From assembly GCA_035504415.1 (NCBI GenBank), contig DATJRY010000017.1:461263-525262 (forward strand): 64,000 bases of DNA, in the 5' to 3' direction. The notes under the pieces were generated by a model. The model made no database searches. It was not told the origin of the DNA and saw only the letters and a program-made list of their open reading frames with translations. The stretch is from Candidatus Sulfotelmatobacter sp. (lineage in GTDB: Bacteria > Vulcanimicrobiota > Vulcanimicrobiia > Vulcanimicrobiales > Vulcanimicrobiaceae). This document shows positions 27,049 through 36,514 of this stretch, piece after piece. Every line of letters begins with the position of its first letter. Position 1 is the first letter of the stretch. Both the position numbers and the translations under genes were made by a program.

Positions 27049-27719
27049 CCGCGCAGCTCCGAGAGGCTGCGGATCGAAGCCGAGTTGCGGCGCGCGATCA
27101 TGATGCGGGCGAGCACCGCGAAGACGACGACCGCCACCAGGACGTCGATCAGCAGCAGGACGCCGACGACGAACGGCAGCCCCGGCGCGAGCGTCACCGT
27201 GCCGAAGAACAGCCCGTTTTCGAGGGTCAGGAACGCGATCAGCTGCGCGAGAGCATTCGGCCGCAGTATGGCGAGCAGGAAGCCGATGAAGACGATCGCC
27301 ATCGTCGCGGCCAGGTCCGCGCGCGGCAGCAGCGCGCCGAACGGCAGCGGCAGGCGCGCGGCGGTCAGCAGCGCGAGGGCGGTCAACGCGGCGGCCAGCA
27401 GGATCGAGAGCGTGACGTTGACGTGAATCGGCAGCTCGATGCGCACCGCGATCGAACGCGCCAAGCCGCGCATGTATGCCGGCAGGACGACGACCTTGAA
27501 GACCAGCGTGAGGACGGCCAGCACGATCAGGTCCCAGCCGTGCTCTTCGATGCCGACGATGAGCGCGACCGCCGCGACGAACAGCGATTGCACCGCGTAG
27601 AGCGAGATCAGCTCGCCGAGGATGACCGAGCGGAACATGGCCAGTTGGGTCAGGATGAGCGCGACGACGATCGTGCCCGCGAGCGCGTCGGCCGCGGTGA
27701 GCGGGTGGGGCGTCATCAT
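27045..27719 (-). CDS. hyfE: HyfE-like membrane subunit
   Basis: YAVQS, FKVVVLP, QLIAFLTLENGLFF, LLIDV; overlaps both neighbours. Confidence 0.88.
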   Translation of the reverse strand: MMTPHPLTAADALAGTIVVALILTQLAMFRSVILGELISLYAVQSLFVAAVALIVGIEEHGWDLIVLAVLTLVFKVVVLPAYMRGLARSIAVRIELPIHVNVTLSILLAAALTALALLTAARLPLPFGALLPRADLAATMAIVFIGFLLAILRPNALAQLIAFLTLENGLFFGTVTLAPGLPFVVGVLLLIDVLVAVVVFAVLARIMIARRNSASIRSLSELRG

Positions 27720-28672
27720 CCCACCCGCGCCGCCCAGGTGACGACGGCCAGCACCGCCAGCAGCAGGCCGGTCGCGATGAACTCGGTGATCTTGTAGAGG
27801 CGCAGCTTAGCGAACGACGTGTCGATGACGACGACGACCGCCCCGACGATCAGCATCTTGCCGAAGACGGTGACGAGCGCCAGCGCGACGGCGCCCACGC
27901 TGCCGGTCGCGGCCAGGCCGGGCGGCAAGAAGAGCACGTTGCAGAAGATCGTGTAGAGCACGAACTGCTTCATCGAGGCGCCCCACTTGAACAGGCCCAT
28001 CTCGGGGCCGGCGTGCTCGAACAGCCGCGCGTCGTCGATCATGCCGAACTCGATCGTCGCGCTCGAGCTTTCGATCGGGATGCGGCCCGTGTCGACCAGG
28101 AGCATCAAGAAGAAGGCCGCCATCGCGAACAGGTGCGCCGGGCGCACGACCGCCGCGACCGAGTGGCTGAGCAGCGCGTTCATCGCGTACGGGAGGTCGG
28201 TTCCGGTGATGAACGCGACCGAGAAGAAGACGAAGATCAGCGTCGGCTCGACCAGGATGCCGACCATCGTCGCGCGGCTGGCGCCGATCGAGGTGTACTG
28301 CGAGCCGCCGTCGAGAGCGGCGAGCGCGGTGACGAAGCCCGCCAGCGCGAGGACGAACGCGCCGCCGAGGATGTCGCCATAGGTGGCGCCGGGCAACGGA
28401 TACGTCGTCAGGACCGGGATCAGCGTCGCGACGGTCGCGTAGCAGCCGCATGCCACGTAGGGCGCGATGCGAAAGACGGGCGAGGCGACGTCGGGCGTGA
28501 CGCGCTGCTTGCGCAGCAGCTTCACGATGTCGCGATAGACCTGCCAGATCGACGGCCCGCGTTTGCCCTGCACGATCGCGGAGGCGCGGGCGATGAGTCC
28601 GGTGAGCAGCGGAGAGACGAACAGCGTCGCTCCGACCTGACACGCCTGGACGGCCAAGGGCGTCAAGGTCAC
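27716..28672 (-). CDS. hyfC: HyfC/HycD-like (NuoH family) membrane subunit, first gene after the riboswitch
   Basis: GKRGPSIWQVYRDIVKLLRK, GASR...LVEP, DTGRIPIE, AKLRL. Confidence 0.9.
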   Translation of the reverse strand: MTLTPLAVQACQVGATLFVSPLLTGLIARASAIVQGKRGPSIWQVYRDIVKLLRKQRVTPDVASPVFRIAPYVACGCYATVATLIPVLTTYPLPGATYGDILGGAFVLALAGFVTALAALDGGSQYTSIGASRATMVGILVEPTLIFVFFSVAFITGTDLPYAMNALLSHSVAAVVRPAHLFAMAAFFLMLLVDTGRIPIESSSATIEFGMIDDARLFEHAGPEMGLFKWGASMKQFVLYTIFCNVLFLPPGLAATGSVGAVALALVTVFGKMLIVGAVVVVIDTSFAKLRLYKITEFIATGLLLAVLAVVTWAARVG

Positions 28673-28742
28673 CGTTGCCTACCCCGGGAATCACCATTGC
28701 GCAGCACTGAACTTCCTCCGACGCGTCGAGTGGAGACGGGTC

Positions 28743-28804
28743 GTAGGAGTCATTGGCCACGCGGGCGGTTTGCGGCGACTGCCGACGGGCGGACCCCACC
28801 GCCC
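28743..28804 (-). ncRNA. Fluoride riboswitch (crcB RNA motif)
   Basis: Minus strand reads GGGCGG-UGGGGU-CCGCCC...AAACC-GCC-CGCGU-GGC-CAAUGACUCCUAC. P1 is 6 bp, P2 is present, and the pseudoknot GGGGU/ACUCC can form. Matches the GGCGAUGGNGUUCGCC...AAAC...UAAUGACNCCUAC consensus with a compensatory A-U to G-C change. Confidence 0.87.
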
Positions 28805-28854
28805 GGGGACGTTGCGACTCGGGTTCGGCCAGAGCCCGGAGGCGGCCTTCCGCG

Positions 28855-30534
28855 TTACGCGAGCGCCGGGGCAGCGGGTTCGACGCGGTCGCGGCCGCCG
28901 TGCTTGGCGGCGTACAGCGCCGCGTCGGCGCGTTCGAGCAGCGCTTCACCGGGCTCGTCACCCAGCGCGCAGGCGGCGCCGATGCTGACCGTCAGCACGC
29001 CGTCCACCCCGTCGGCGTGCGGGATCGCCTTCGCCCGAACCGCACGGCGGACGCGTTCGCCGAGTGCCACGGCGCCCTCGATGTCGGTCCCCGGCAAGAG
29101 CGCGACGAACTCTTCGCCGCCGAAGCGCGCGGCGCAATCGACCGCACGCAGCGCTCCGCCGAACGCGGTTGCCACCGCGCTCAGCGCTTGGTCGCCGGCG
29201 AGGTGTCCGTAGCGGTCGTTGTAGCTCTTGAACTTGTCGACGTCGAGGACCAGCACGGAATACGGAGCGTGCGTGCGCTGCGCGTGCGCGCGTTCCTCGG
29301 CCATCGCACGCTCCAGGCCGCGGCGGTTCGTCAGCCGGGTCAAGGGATCGAAGAACGCGTCGTGCTCGAAGGTGCGCAGGCGCTCCGCCAGCGCGATCGA
29401 GAGGAGCAGCGCCTCCCAGGCGAAGCCGAGCGTCGGCGCGACGTGCAGCAGCGCCGTGTACTGCACCAGCAGGTTGATGCCCGCGCCCCCGATCACGTTG
29501 CCCAGCATCACGCCGACGACCGCCAACGCGTAGAGCACCGCTTCACGGTCGCCGCGCGACGCGGCGACGATCCCGCACAGCGCGAGCGGCGCGAGAACGA
29601 GCGCGGTGGTGACGATCTCCGCCCAATCCCAGACGCCTGCGCCGATCAGCAGCTCCGGGGCGACGACGAGCAGCACGTTCGTGAGCACGAAGAGCCCGAG
29701 CAGCGCGAGGATCAGCGCGTCGGTGCGCGGGAACGTCGAGCGCGTGCGCAGGAACGCGCGGCCGAAGACGACGGCGGAGCCGATCGCGAGCGCGTAGGTC
29801 GTGTTGTCGGCCAGATCGTAGTCGATCCCGACACCGGGCCACAGCCAGCGCCACGCGTCGCCGCTGAGCACGAGCACGTGGAGCGCCGCCGCGACGACGG
29901 CGGCGGCGTAGTAGGCGTACGTCGACCGTCGCAGGCGCAGCGCCAGCAGGACGTTGAGCACGCCGAAGGCGGCGACGAACCCGGCGGAGAGGAGCTGCAG
30001 TCCGCGCGTCCCCGCGCCTTCGACCAGCCAGCCGAACCACGCGCGCTCGCTCATCAGGCGGAAGACGGAGGCGTGCGCGAAGGACGAGCGGACGCGCAGA
30101 TAGATCGGCCGGCCGTCGAGCGCGTCGCGCGGCAGCGGGATCAAATTTTGGGCGTGCGGGAACGGCTTGTCGGCCGTCGGGACGTCGCCGCCGGTGTGCA
30201 CGGTCTCCACGCCGCCGTCGGCGCGCGGGACGAACAGCTCGGCGTCGAGCGTGTGCCAGGAGACGAGCAGATCGTAGGCGCCGGGCTCGCGCGGTCGGAT
30301 GCGCAGCCGAAACCAGGTGATCGCGGGATGCGCTCGCGTCGCCGTGTGGCGGTCGACGAGCGTGGGAGCCGAACGCCACGGCGCGTCGGGCGCGCGCACC
30401 TCGGCGAGCGTGAGGCGGCCGCCGTCGTCCGCGATCGCATCGGCGCGCGTCCAGAGATCGACGTCCGTATCGGCGGCGGGTCGCAGCGGAGCGACCACGG
30501 CTAGCACTAGCGCCGCCAGAACCGCCTGGTACAC
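28855..30534 (-). CDS. Diguanylate cyclase with 7TM-DISM extracellular and 7TM sensor domains
   Basis: Signal peptide, 'WFRLRI' DISM-ED, 7 TM segments, DPLTRLTNRR, DVDKFKSYNDRYGHLAGD, RAVD I-site, GGEEF. Confidence 0.92.
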   Translation of the reverse strand: MYQAVLAALVLAVVAPLRPAADTDVDLWTRADAIADDGGRLTLAEVRAPDAPWRSAPTLVDRHTATRAHPAITWFRLRIRPREPGAYDLLVSWHTLDAELFVPRADGGVETVHTGGDVPTADKPFPHAQNLIPLPRDALDGRPIYLRVRSSFAHASVFRLMSERAWFGWLVEGAGTRGLQLLSAGFVAAFGVLNVLLALRLRRSTYAYYAAAVVAAALHVLVLSGDAWRWLWPGVGIDYDLADNTTYALAIGSAVVFGRAFLRTRSTFPRTDALILALLGLFVLTNVLLVVAPELLIGAGVWDWAEIVTTALVLAPLALCGIVAASRGDREAVLYALAVVGVMLGNVIGGAGINLLVQYTALLHVAPTLGFAWEALLLSIALAERLRTFEHDAFFDPLTRLTNRRGLERAMAEERAHAQRTHAPYSVLVLDVDKFKSYNDRYGHLAGDQALSAVATAFGGALRAVDCAARFGGEEFVALLPGTDIEGAVALGERVRRAVRAKAIPHADGVDGVLTVSIGAACALGDEPGEALLERADAALYAAKHGGRDRVEPAAPALA

Positions 30535-30620
30535 GCAGTCCTGATTTGACGAGCGAGCGCTTGCGTCCCGGGCCGCCGCCCAGCGGGTCAGCGCGTCCCG
30601 GCCGGCGCCGCCCTCCGGAC

Positions 30621-30649
30621 AAAGAAAAGCCCCCGCGCGGGCGGGGGCT
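30621..30649 (-). terminator. Rho-independent terminator
   Basis: 9-bp stem AGCCCCCGC/GCGGGGGCT (30628-30649), 4-nt loop, followed by TTTCTTT on the minus strand just after the 30662 stop. Confidence 0.8.
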
Positions 30650-30661
30650 CGACGGTGCCTC

Positions 30662-30952
30662 TCAGGAGCGCGGCGGCTCCCAGCACGTCACGTTTTTCTT
30701 GTCGCACTGCGAGACGCCGTACGTGTTGACGGAGCGGCGCGCGGGAATGCTGAAGTGCTCGACCGCCTTCGCGACCCAGTCTGCCTGTGCCACGTGGCCG
30801 TTCTTTTTCTTCTCGCTGCAGTAGTTGTGGCGTGTGTCGAGGTTTTGCACGCACGTGAAGAGGTTGTCGGCCTTCGCCGGCAACGGCAAGCTGATGAGAA
30901 CGCCCAGTGCTCCGAGCACGGCGATCCCCTTGATTGACATATGCATATACAC
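30662..30952 (-). CDS. Small secreted protein with four Cys
   Basis: Signal peptide ending AKA-D, AAAAGGG RBS, own terminator. Confidence 0.65.
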   Translation of the reverse strand: MYMHMSIKGIAVLGALGVLISLPLPAKADNLFTCVQNLDTRHNYCSEKKKNGHVAQADWVAKAVEHFSIPARRSVNTYGVSQCDKKNVTCWEPPRS

Positions 30953-31044
30953 CCTTTTCGCAATGACGGCCGCAAGAGGAGCGGCGAGGTCTGGAGTTGC
31001 AGACCGAGTGCTCGACCCCCTTGCCGGGGGGCGTCGAGGGACTG

Positions 31045-31236
31045 ATGCCGATCGAGAACGACGCCGAGTACACCTGTCCGAGCTGTGGCGAGACCAACGC
31101 GGTCGGGGTCGATCCGACGCAAGGACGGCGCCAGCAGTTCGTCGAGGATTGTCCCGTCTGTTGCCGTCCGCTGGTGTTCACCGTGGTCGTCGATCGCGAC
31201 GGCGACGCGCTGATCGAGCGTGTCGAGCGCGAGTAG
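31045..31236 (+). CDS. CPXCG-motif cysteine-rich protein
   Basis: CPSCGE...QQFVEDCPVCCRP; GAGG RBS before ATG 31045. Confidence 0.88.
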   Translation: MPIENDAEYTCPSCGETNAVGVDPTQGRRQQFVEDCPVCCRPLVFTVVVDRDGDALIERVERE

Positions 31237-31257
31237 CACGAATGGAAAGCGCCGCGA

Positions 31258-33471
31258 TCAGGTGTCGAAATCCGGCAGCTGGTCGAGGAATTTGTCCAAC
31301 GTGATCGGATAGTCGCGCACGCGGACGCCGGTCGCGTTGTAGACGGCGTTCGCGACCGCGGCGCCCACGCCGCAGATGCCGAGCTCGCCGACGCCCTTCG
31401 CCTTCATCGGCGACGAGATCGGGTCGACCTCGTCGAGAAAGATCACGTCTTGGTGCGGGATGTCGGCATGGACCGGCACCTCGTAGCCGGCCAGGTCGTG
31501 GTTGACGAAGAAGCCGCGCCGCTTGTCGACCGCCAGCGCCTCCATCAGTGCGGCGCCCACGCCCATCGTCATCGCGCCGATGAGCTGGCTGCGGGCCGTC
31601 TTCGGATTCAGAATGCGGCCGGCGGAGCACACCGCCAGCATGCGGCGAACGCGGATCTCGCCGGTCGCGGCGTCGACGCCCACCTCGACGAAGTGTGCGG
31701 CGAACGTCGACTGTTGGTAGCGCTCGTCGAGGTCGCCGTATTCGATGCTGTCCTCGGCCCACAGACCTGCGTCGCCGGCCGCGGTTCCGAGCGGGACGCT
31801 CCGGCCGGCGCCGTGCACGCTGCCGCCGGCGAACTCGGCCTGCTCCGCGTCGAGTCCGAGCTTCTGCGCGATGAGCGATCGCAGCTTCATGCAAGCCGCG
31901 TACACCCCTGAGGTGGAGTTGTTGGCGCCGAACTGCCCGCCGGACCCGGCCGCGGCGGGTGAGTTGGAATCGCCCAGCAGCACGACCACCCGGTCCAAGT
32001 CGACCCCCATCGTCTCCGCTGCGGTCTGTGCGATGATCGTGTAGCTGCCCGTGCCGATGTCGGTCATGTCGGTCGCCACGGTCACGACACCGTGCTTGTC
32101 GACGCTCACCCGCGCGCCGGATTTCATCAACAGACTGTTGCGGATGCCGGCGGCGACACCCATTCCGACCAGCCACCGGCCGTCGCGCACCTGGGCCGGC
32201 TTCGGGTTCCGTGCGCTCCAGCCGAACTTCTCCGCGCCCAGGCGCAGGCACCCGTTCAGATTCCGGTACGAGAAGCGGCGCTCCGGTTTTGCCGGATCGA
32301 CCTGCGTGTCGTTGCGGACGCGGAAGTCGACCGGATCGATGCCGAGCTTCTCGGCCGTCTCGTCCATCGCGATCTCGAGTGCCAAGTGCCCCGGCGCATC
32401 GCCCGGCGCGCGCATCGAGTTCCCCTCGGGCAGATCCAGGGTCGCGAGGCGCATCTCGGTGAGACGGTTCGCCCCGGCATACAGCAGTCGTGTCGGCGCG
32501 ACGGCGCCCTCGGGAAATCCGTCGGGCACATTGCCGGAGGTGCTCGCGTGAGCGATCGCCGTGATCGTTCCGTCGCGGTCGGCCCCGATCCGGATACGCT
32601 GGATGGTTGCCGCGCGATGGGTGGTATTGTTCATGACGAAGGGGCGGGTGAAGGCGACTTTCACCGGCCTGCCGGCGGCTTTCGCCCCGAGCGCGGCTAA
32701 CACGGCGTCGGCTCGCACCCACAGCTTTGCGCCGAAGCCTCCGCCGATGTACGGCGACTCCAGCCGCACCTCGTCGGCGGCGATGCCGAGGATCTTGGCC
32801 AGATCTTCGTGGCTCCAGTTGATCATCTGGTTCGACGTCCAGACCGTGAGGTGGCCGTCGTCCCACGCCGCGATCGAGGCGTGCGGCTCCATCATGGCGT
32901 GGCTCTGATCCGGTGTCGTGTAGACTTCGTCGATCGTGACCGGCGCGGCCGCGAAGGCGCTCGCGAAGTCGCCGACGCGCTGAAACGCCAGCACGTGCTC
33001 GGCGACGTTGTCCACCAGCGGCGCATCCGGTGCCCCGGCGGCGAGATCGAAGCGTCCGGCATCTTCGAGATACTCGACGCGCACCAAGTGCGCCGCGGCC
33101 CGCGCCTGTTCGAACGTCTCGGCAACGACGATGGCGATGGCTTGATGATAGTGCTGAATCTCTGGCCCGCCGAACAGGGAGGCGTAATTGGAACGCCCGC
33201 GGGGCAGGCGGGGCACGTCCAGCGTGGTCACGATGGCTAGGACGCCCGGCGCCGCGTTGGCCGCGGCGAGGTCCATCGAGGCGATTCGTCCCTTCCCGAT
33301 GGCTGCGCCGACGATGAATCCGTAGGCTTGATTCGCGACCACGTCGTGCCGCTCGTAGGCGTACGGCGCGGTCCCGGTGGTCTTGAGTTTGCCGTCGATG
33401 CGGTCGGTCGGCTTCCCGATCACCTTCATCTGGTCGATCGGATTGATCGTCGCCGGCGTGTCGAACTTCAT
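31258..33471 (-). CDS. paoC: Aldehyde oxidoreductase molybdenum-binding subunit (xanthine dehydrogenase family)
   Basis: [59 protein letters not shown] overlap with paoB. Confidence 0.93.
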   Translation of the reverse strand: MKFDTPATINPIDQMKVIGKPTDRIDGKLKTTGTAPYAYERHDVVANQAYGFIVGAAIGKGRIASMDLAAANAAPGVLAIVTTLDVPRLPRGRSNYASLFGGPEIQHYHQAIAIVVAETFEQARAAAHLVRVEYLEDAGRFDLAAGAPDAPLVDNVAEHVLAFQRVGDFASAFAAAPVTIDEVYTTPDQSHAMMEPHASIAAWDDGHLTVWTSNQMINWSHEDLAKILGIAADEVRLESPYIGGGFGAKLWVRADAVLAALGAKAAGRPVKVAFTRPFVMNNTTHRAATIQRIRIGADRDGTITAIAHASTSGNVPDGFPEGAVAPTRLLYAGANRLTEMRLATLDLPEGNSMRAPGDAPGHLALEIAMDETAEKLGIDPVDFRVRNDTQVDPAKPERRFSYRNLNGCLRLGAEKFGWSARNPKPAQVRDGRWLVGMGVAAGIRNSLLMKSGARVSVDKHGVVTVATDMTDIGTGSYTIIAQTAAETMGVDLDRVVVLLGDSNSPAAAGSGGQFGANNSTSGVYAACMKLRSLIAQKLGLDAEQAEFAGGSVHGAGRSVPLGTAAGDAGLWAEDSIEYGDLDERYQQSTFAAHFVEVGVDAATGEIRVRRMLAVCSAGRILNPKTARSQLIGAMTMGVGAALMEALAVDKRRGFFVNHDLAGYEVPVHADIPHQDVIFLDEVDPISSPMKAKGVGELGICGVGAAVANAVYNATGVRVRDYPITLDKFLDQLPDFDT

Positions 33472-34422
33472 ACGGACGCCTTGGCCTGGGCGATGACCGC
33501 GGCCAGCGTGCGCTGCACGAGCCGAAGCTTGAACGCGTTCTCGCTGGTCGGCTTCGCGCCGGCCAGCAGTTGCGTCGCGACGGCTTGCGAGCCGCGCGGC
33601 AGCTCCGCGTCCGCCGCCGCCACCCGCCACGGCTTCGGCGCGATGCCGCCGACCGCGACGCGGCCGGAGCCGTCGGGCTGAACGATCGCCGCGATCGAGA
33701 CGAGCGCGAACGCGTACGACGCCCGATCGCGCACCTTGTGGTAGAGGTGCTTTCCGCCGACGGGCTTGGGCAGCGTCACATGGGTGATCAGCTCGCCCGG
33801 ATCCAGGCTCGTCTCGACGTGGGGTGTCGCACCCGGCAGACGGTGGAAGTCGGCGATCGGGATGGCTCGCGTCGAGCCGTCGGGCCGGACGGTCTCCACC
33901 GTCGCGTCGAGCGCGCGCATGGCGACGGCCATGTCACTCGGGTGCGTGGCGATGCAGGCGTCGCTGCCGCCGATGACGGCCAGCTGGCGGCTCACGCCGC
34001 CGATCGCCGCGCAGCCCGTGCCGGGCCGGCGCTTGTTGCACGGCTGATTGGTATCGGAAGTAGGGGCAACGCGTGCGTTGCAGCAGGTTCCCGCCCGTCG
34101 TCGCCTTGTTCCGCAGCTGCCCGCTCGCGCCGGCGACGATCGCGCGCGAGAGGACCCCGTACTCCCGCCGCACGCGCCCGTTCGCGGCCAGGGCCGTGTT
34201 CGTGACCAGCGCGCCGACCCGTATACCGCCGTCGGGCGTGTCGTCGATGCGGTCGAGATCGAGCCGAGTCAGGTCGATGAGGTGGGCCGGCGTTTCGACT
34301 TGCAGCTTCATGAGATCGAGCAAGTTCGTGCCGCCCGCGATGAACTTCGCGTTCGGCGTGCCCGCGGCGGTCGCGGCAGCCGCGGCCGGCGTCGCGGCAC
34401 GCTCGTAGGTGAAGGGTTTCAT
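33468..34422 (-). pseudogene. paoB: Aldehyde oxidoreductase FAD-binding subunit, frameshifted at 34056/34057 (real lesion or sequencing error)
   Basis: N-half ([11 protein letters not shown]...[12 protein letters not shown]) and C-half ([15 protein letters not shown]...HPSDMAVAM...[12 protein letters not shown]) lie in different frames. Inserting TA restores ...[13 protein letters not shown]. Confidence 0.88.
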
Positions 34423-34967
34423 ACGCGCTCCTCGACGACGTCGCGCATCGCCGCGAGGATGTTCGCATACGCGCCGCAGCGGCAAATGTTGCCGCTCATG
34501 CGCTCGCGCAGCTCGGCGTCGGTCGCGGACGGCCGAACCGTGAGGTCGGGCGTCACGTGACTCGGAACGTCGGCCTCGATCTCGCGCAGCACCGCCGCCG
34601 CCGAGCAGATCTGGCCGGGCGTGCAATATCCGCACTGGAAGCCGTCGTGCGCGATGAAGGCGGCCTGCATCGGATGCAGGGCGGCCGGGGTACCGAGCCC
34701 CTCGACGGTGGTGATCTCGTCGTCTGCGTGCATGACGGCGAGACTCAGGCACGAATTGATGCGCACGCCGTTGACCAGCACGGTGCACGCGCCGCACTGG
34801 CCGTGATCGCAGCCCTTCTTCGTGCCCGTCAACCGCAGATGTTCCCGCAGGGCGTCGAGCAGCGTCGTGCGCGTGTCCAGCACGAGCTCGGCGCGCTCGC
34901 CGTTCACGTTGAACGATACGTTCGCCGTGCGGGGTAGGTTGGACGCATCGATTGTTTGCATATCCAT
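34419..34967 (-). CDS. paoA: Aldehyde oxidoreductase 2Fe-2S subunit
   Basis: [27 protein letters not shown] and GNICRCGAY motifs. Confidence 0.93.
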   Translation of the reverse strand: MDMQTIDASNLPRTANVSFNVNGERAELVLDTRTTLLDALREHLRLTGTKKGCDHGQCGACTVLVNGVRINSCLSLAVMHADDEITTVEGLGTPAALHPMQAAFIAHDGFQCGYCTPGQICSAAAVLREIEADVPSHVTPDLTVRPSATDAELRERMSGNICRCGAYANILAAMRDVVEERV

Positions 34968-35017
34968 CGATCGCCTTCGCCCTATTCCCGACGCCGAGCG
35001 AAATTACCGCACGAGGA

Positions 35018-35042
35018 GCCGCAGGCCGGCTAGGCCTGCGGC
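35018..35042 (-). terminator. GC-rich hairpin after the epoxide hydrolase stop; possible terminator
   Basis: 10-bp stem GCCGCAGGCC/GGCCTGCGGC with 5-nt loop; U-tail weak. Confidence 0.45.
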
Positions 35043-35058
35043 CAAGAGCCCACAGCGC

Positions 35059-36411
35059 TCAGGATCGCAGCGATCGGAACGTCGCGCGAACGTCTTCACT
35101 GAAGAGTTGCGGCTGTTCCCAGGCGGCGAAGTGGCCGCCCACCTCGTGCTTCTTGTAGTAGACGAGCTTGGGAAAAGCTTGCTGCGACCAGCTCAGCGGC
35201 GCGGTATAGATCTCGTGCGGAAACGCACTCACGCCGGTCGGAATGGTGACGCCTTTGACGTCGAAGAAGCCGGCCTTGTTCTCCCAGTAAAGGCGTGCCG
35301 ACGATACACCGGTATTGGTGAACCAGTACATCGTGATGTTGTCGAGGATGTCGTCGCGCGTCAGGCCGCCGGGGTGCCCGAAGAACGCCGGCGCGATGAG
35401 CTCGTAGCTGTCCTTGTCGTGATCGAGGATCCAGGACGCCAGCCCGATCGGTGAATCGGCCAGGCCGTAGAGCGTCTGCGGCCGGTTCGACATTTCGACC
35501 GCGTAGCCCAGATGCTTGGTGTAGAAGTCGCTCAGCTGCTGGTACGCGTGGAGCTCATCGCCCGCGAGACCGGCCGGCGGCGGCGCGCCGGTGGTCGCGC
35601 CGACGTAGAGAGAAGGCGGAACCGTGCCCGGCATGTTCGAGTGGATGCCCACCAGGTGCACCTGATCGAGCAGCGCCAACTCTTGCGTGATGGCCGCACC
35701 CCAGTCGCCGCCCTGCGCCCCGAATCGGTCGTAGCCGAGCCGTTGCATCAACACGAGCCACGCCTTCGCGATGCGCGTCGGGTCCCAGCCGAGCGTGGTC
35801 GGTTCGGGCGAGAAGCCGTAGCCCGGGATCGACGGAATCACGACGTGAAACGCATCCGATGCGCTCGCTCCGTGCGCCGTCGGATCGGTCAGCGGCGCGA
35901 TGATCTTCAGCTGCTCGATGTAGGAGCCGGGCCAGCCGTGCGTGACGATGAGCGGCAGGGCGTTCTCGTGCTTCGACCGCACGTGGATGAAGTGGATGTC
36001 CTGCCCGTCGATCTGGGTCAGGAACTGCGGAATCGCGTTGAGTTGCGCCTCGCATCGGCGCCAGTCGTAGTCGCTCCCCCAGTATTTTGCCAGCGCCTGT
36101 GTCGTCGCCAGCTGTACGCCCTGGGTGTCGTCCGGGACCAACTCGCGCGTCGGCCACCGCGTCGCGGTGACGCGCCGGCGCAAGTCGGCAAGGTCCGCAT
36201 CGGGAACGTGCAGTTGCGGAAACGGTCGAACGGCACTCGCACCGCTGCCCGTCTGTTCGAGGACCTGAGTCATGGCTGACCTTCCTCCCGAGAAGTTTTC
36301 CGTCGTTCTGTTGCCTCGCGCGGTGCCGAGCAAGCCGAATGGGGCGGCGGCGATCGTCAAACCGGCGCCGAGAACGAAGCGTCGATGATCGAGCTCGAGC
36401 TTTTCCGACAT
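35059..36411 (-). CDS. Epoxide hydrolase (EHN domain plus alpha/beta hydrolase)
   Basis: DLRRRVTATRWP, HGWPGS, QGGDWG (nucleophile Asp), GGHFAAWEQP. Confidence 0.93.
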   Translation of the reverse strand: MSEKLELDHRRFVLGAGLTIAAAPFGLLGTARGNRTTENFSGGRSAMTQVLEQTGSGASAVRPFPQLHVPDADLADLRRRVTATRWPTRELVPDDTQGVQLATTQALAKYWGSDYDWRRCEAQLNAIPQFLTQIDGQDIHFIHVRSKHENALPLIVTHGWPGSYIEQLKIIAPLTDPTAHGASASDAFHVVIPSIPGYGFSPEPTTLGWDPTRIAKAWLVLMQRLGYDRFGAQGGDWGAAITQELALLDQVHLVGIHSNMPGTVPPSLYVGATTGAPPPAGLAGDELHAYQQLSDFYTKHLGYAVEMSNRPQTLYGLADSPIGLASWILDHDKDSYELIAPAFFGHPGGLTRDDILDNITMYWFTNTGVSSARLYWENKAGFFDVKGVTIPTGVSAFPHEIYTAPLSWSQQAFPKLVYYKKHEVGGHFAAWEQPQLFSEDVRATFRSLRS

Positions 36412-36514
36412 GAGTACACGGTACGAGCAGACGCCTCACCGGTGGAGGTAGCGCGTCTTCCTCCCTAACCATACGTGAAGCAGCGTCTCGGGCGCCACGC
36501 AGGCTCGAGCTACG

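Noticed and set aside
21111-28672. Functional formate hydrogenlyase / hydrogenase-4
   Set aside because: Both NiFe motifs and most small-subunit Cys are absent, and no fdh or hyp genes are present.
28855-30534. Diguanylate cyclase as part of the fluoride regulon
   Set aside because: It lies upstream of the riboswitch, so the riboswitch cannot control it. Co-transcription is possible but unsupported.
34968-35058. Moco riboswitch upstream of paoA
   Set aside because: Only one simple hairpin, better explained as the upstream gene's terminator.
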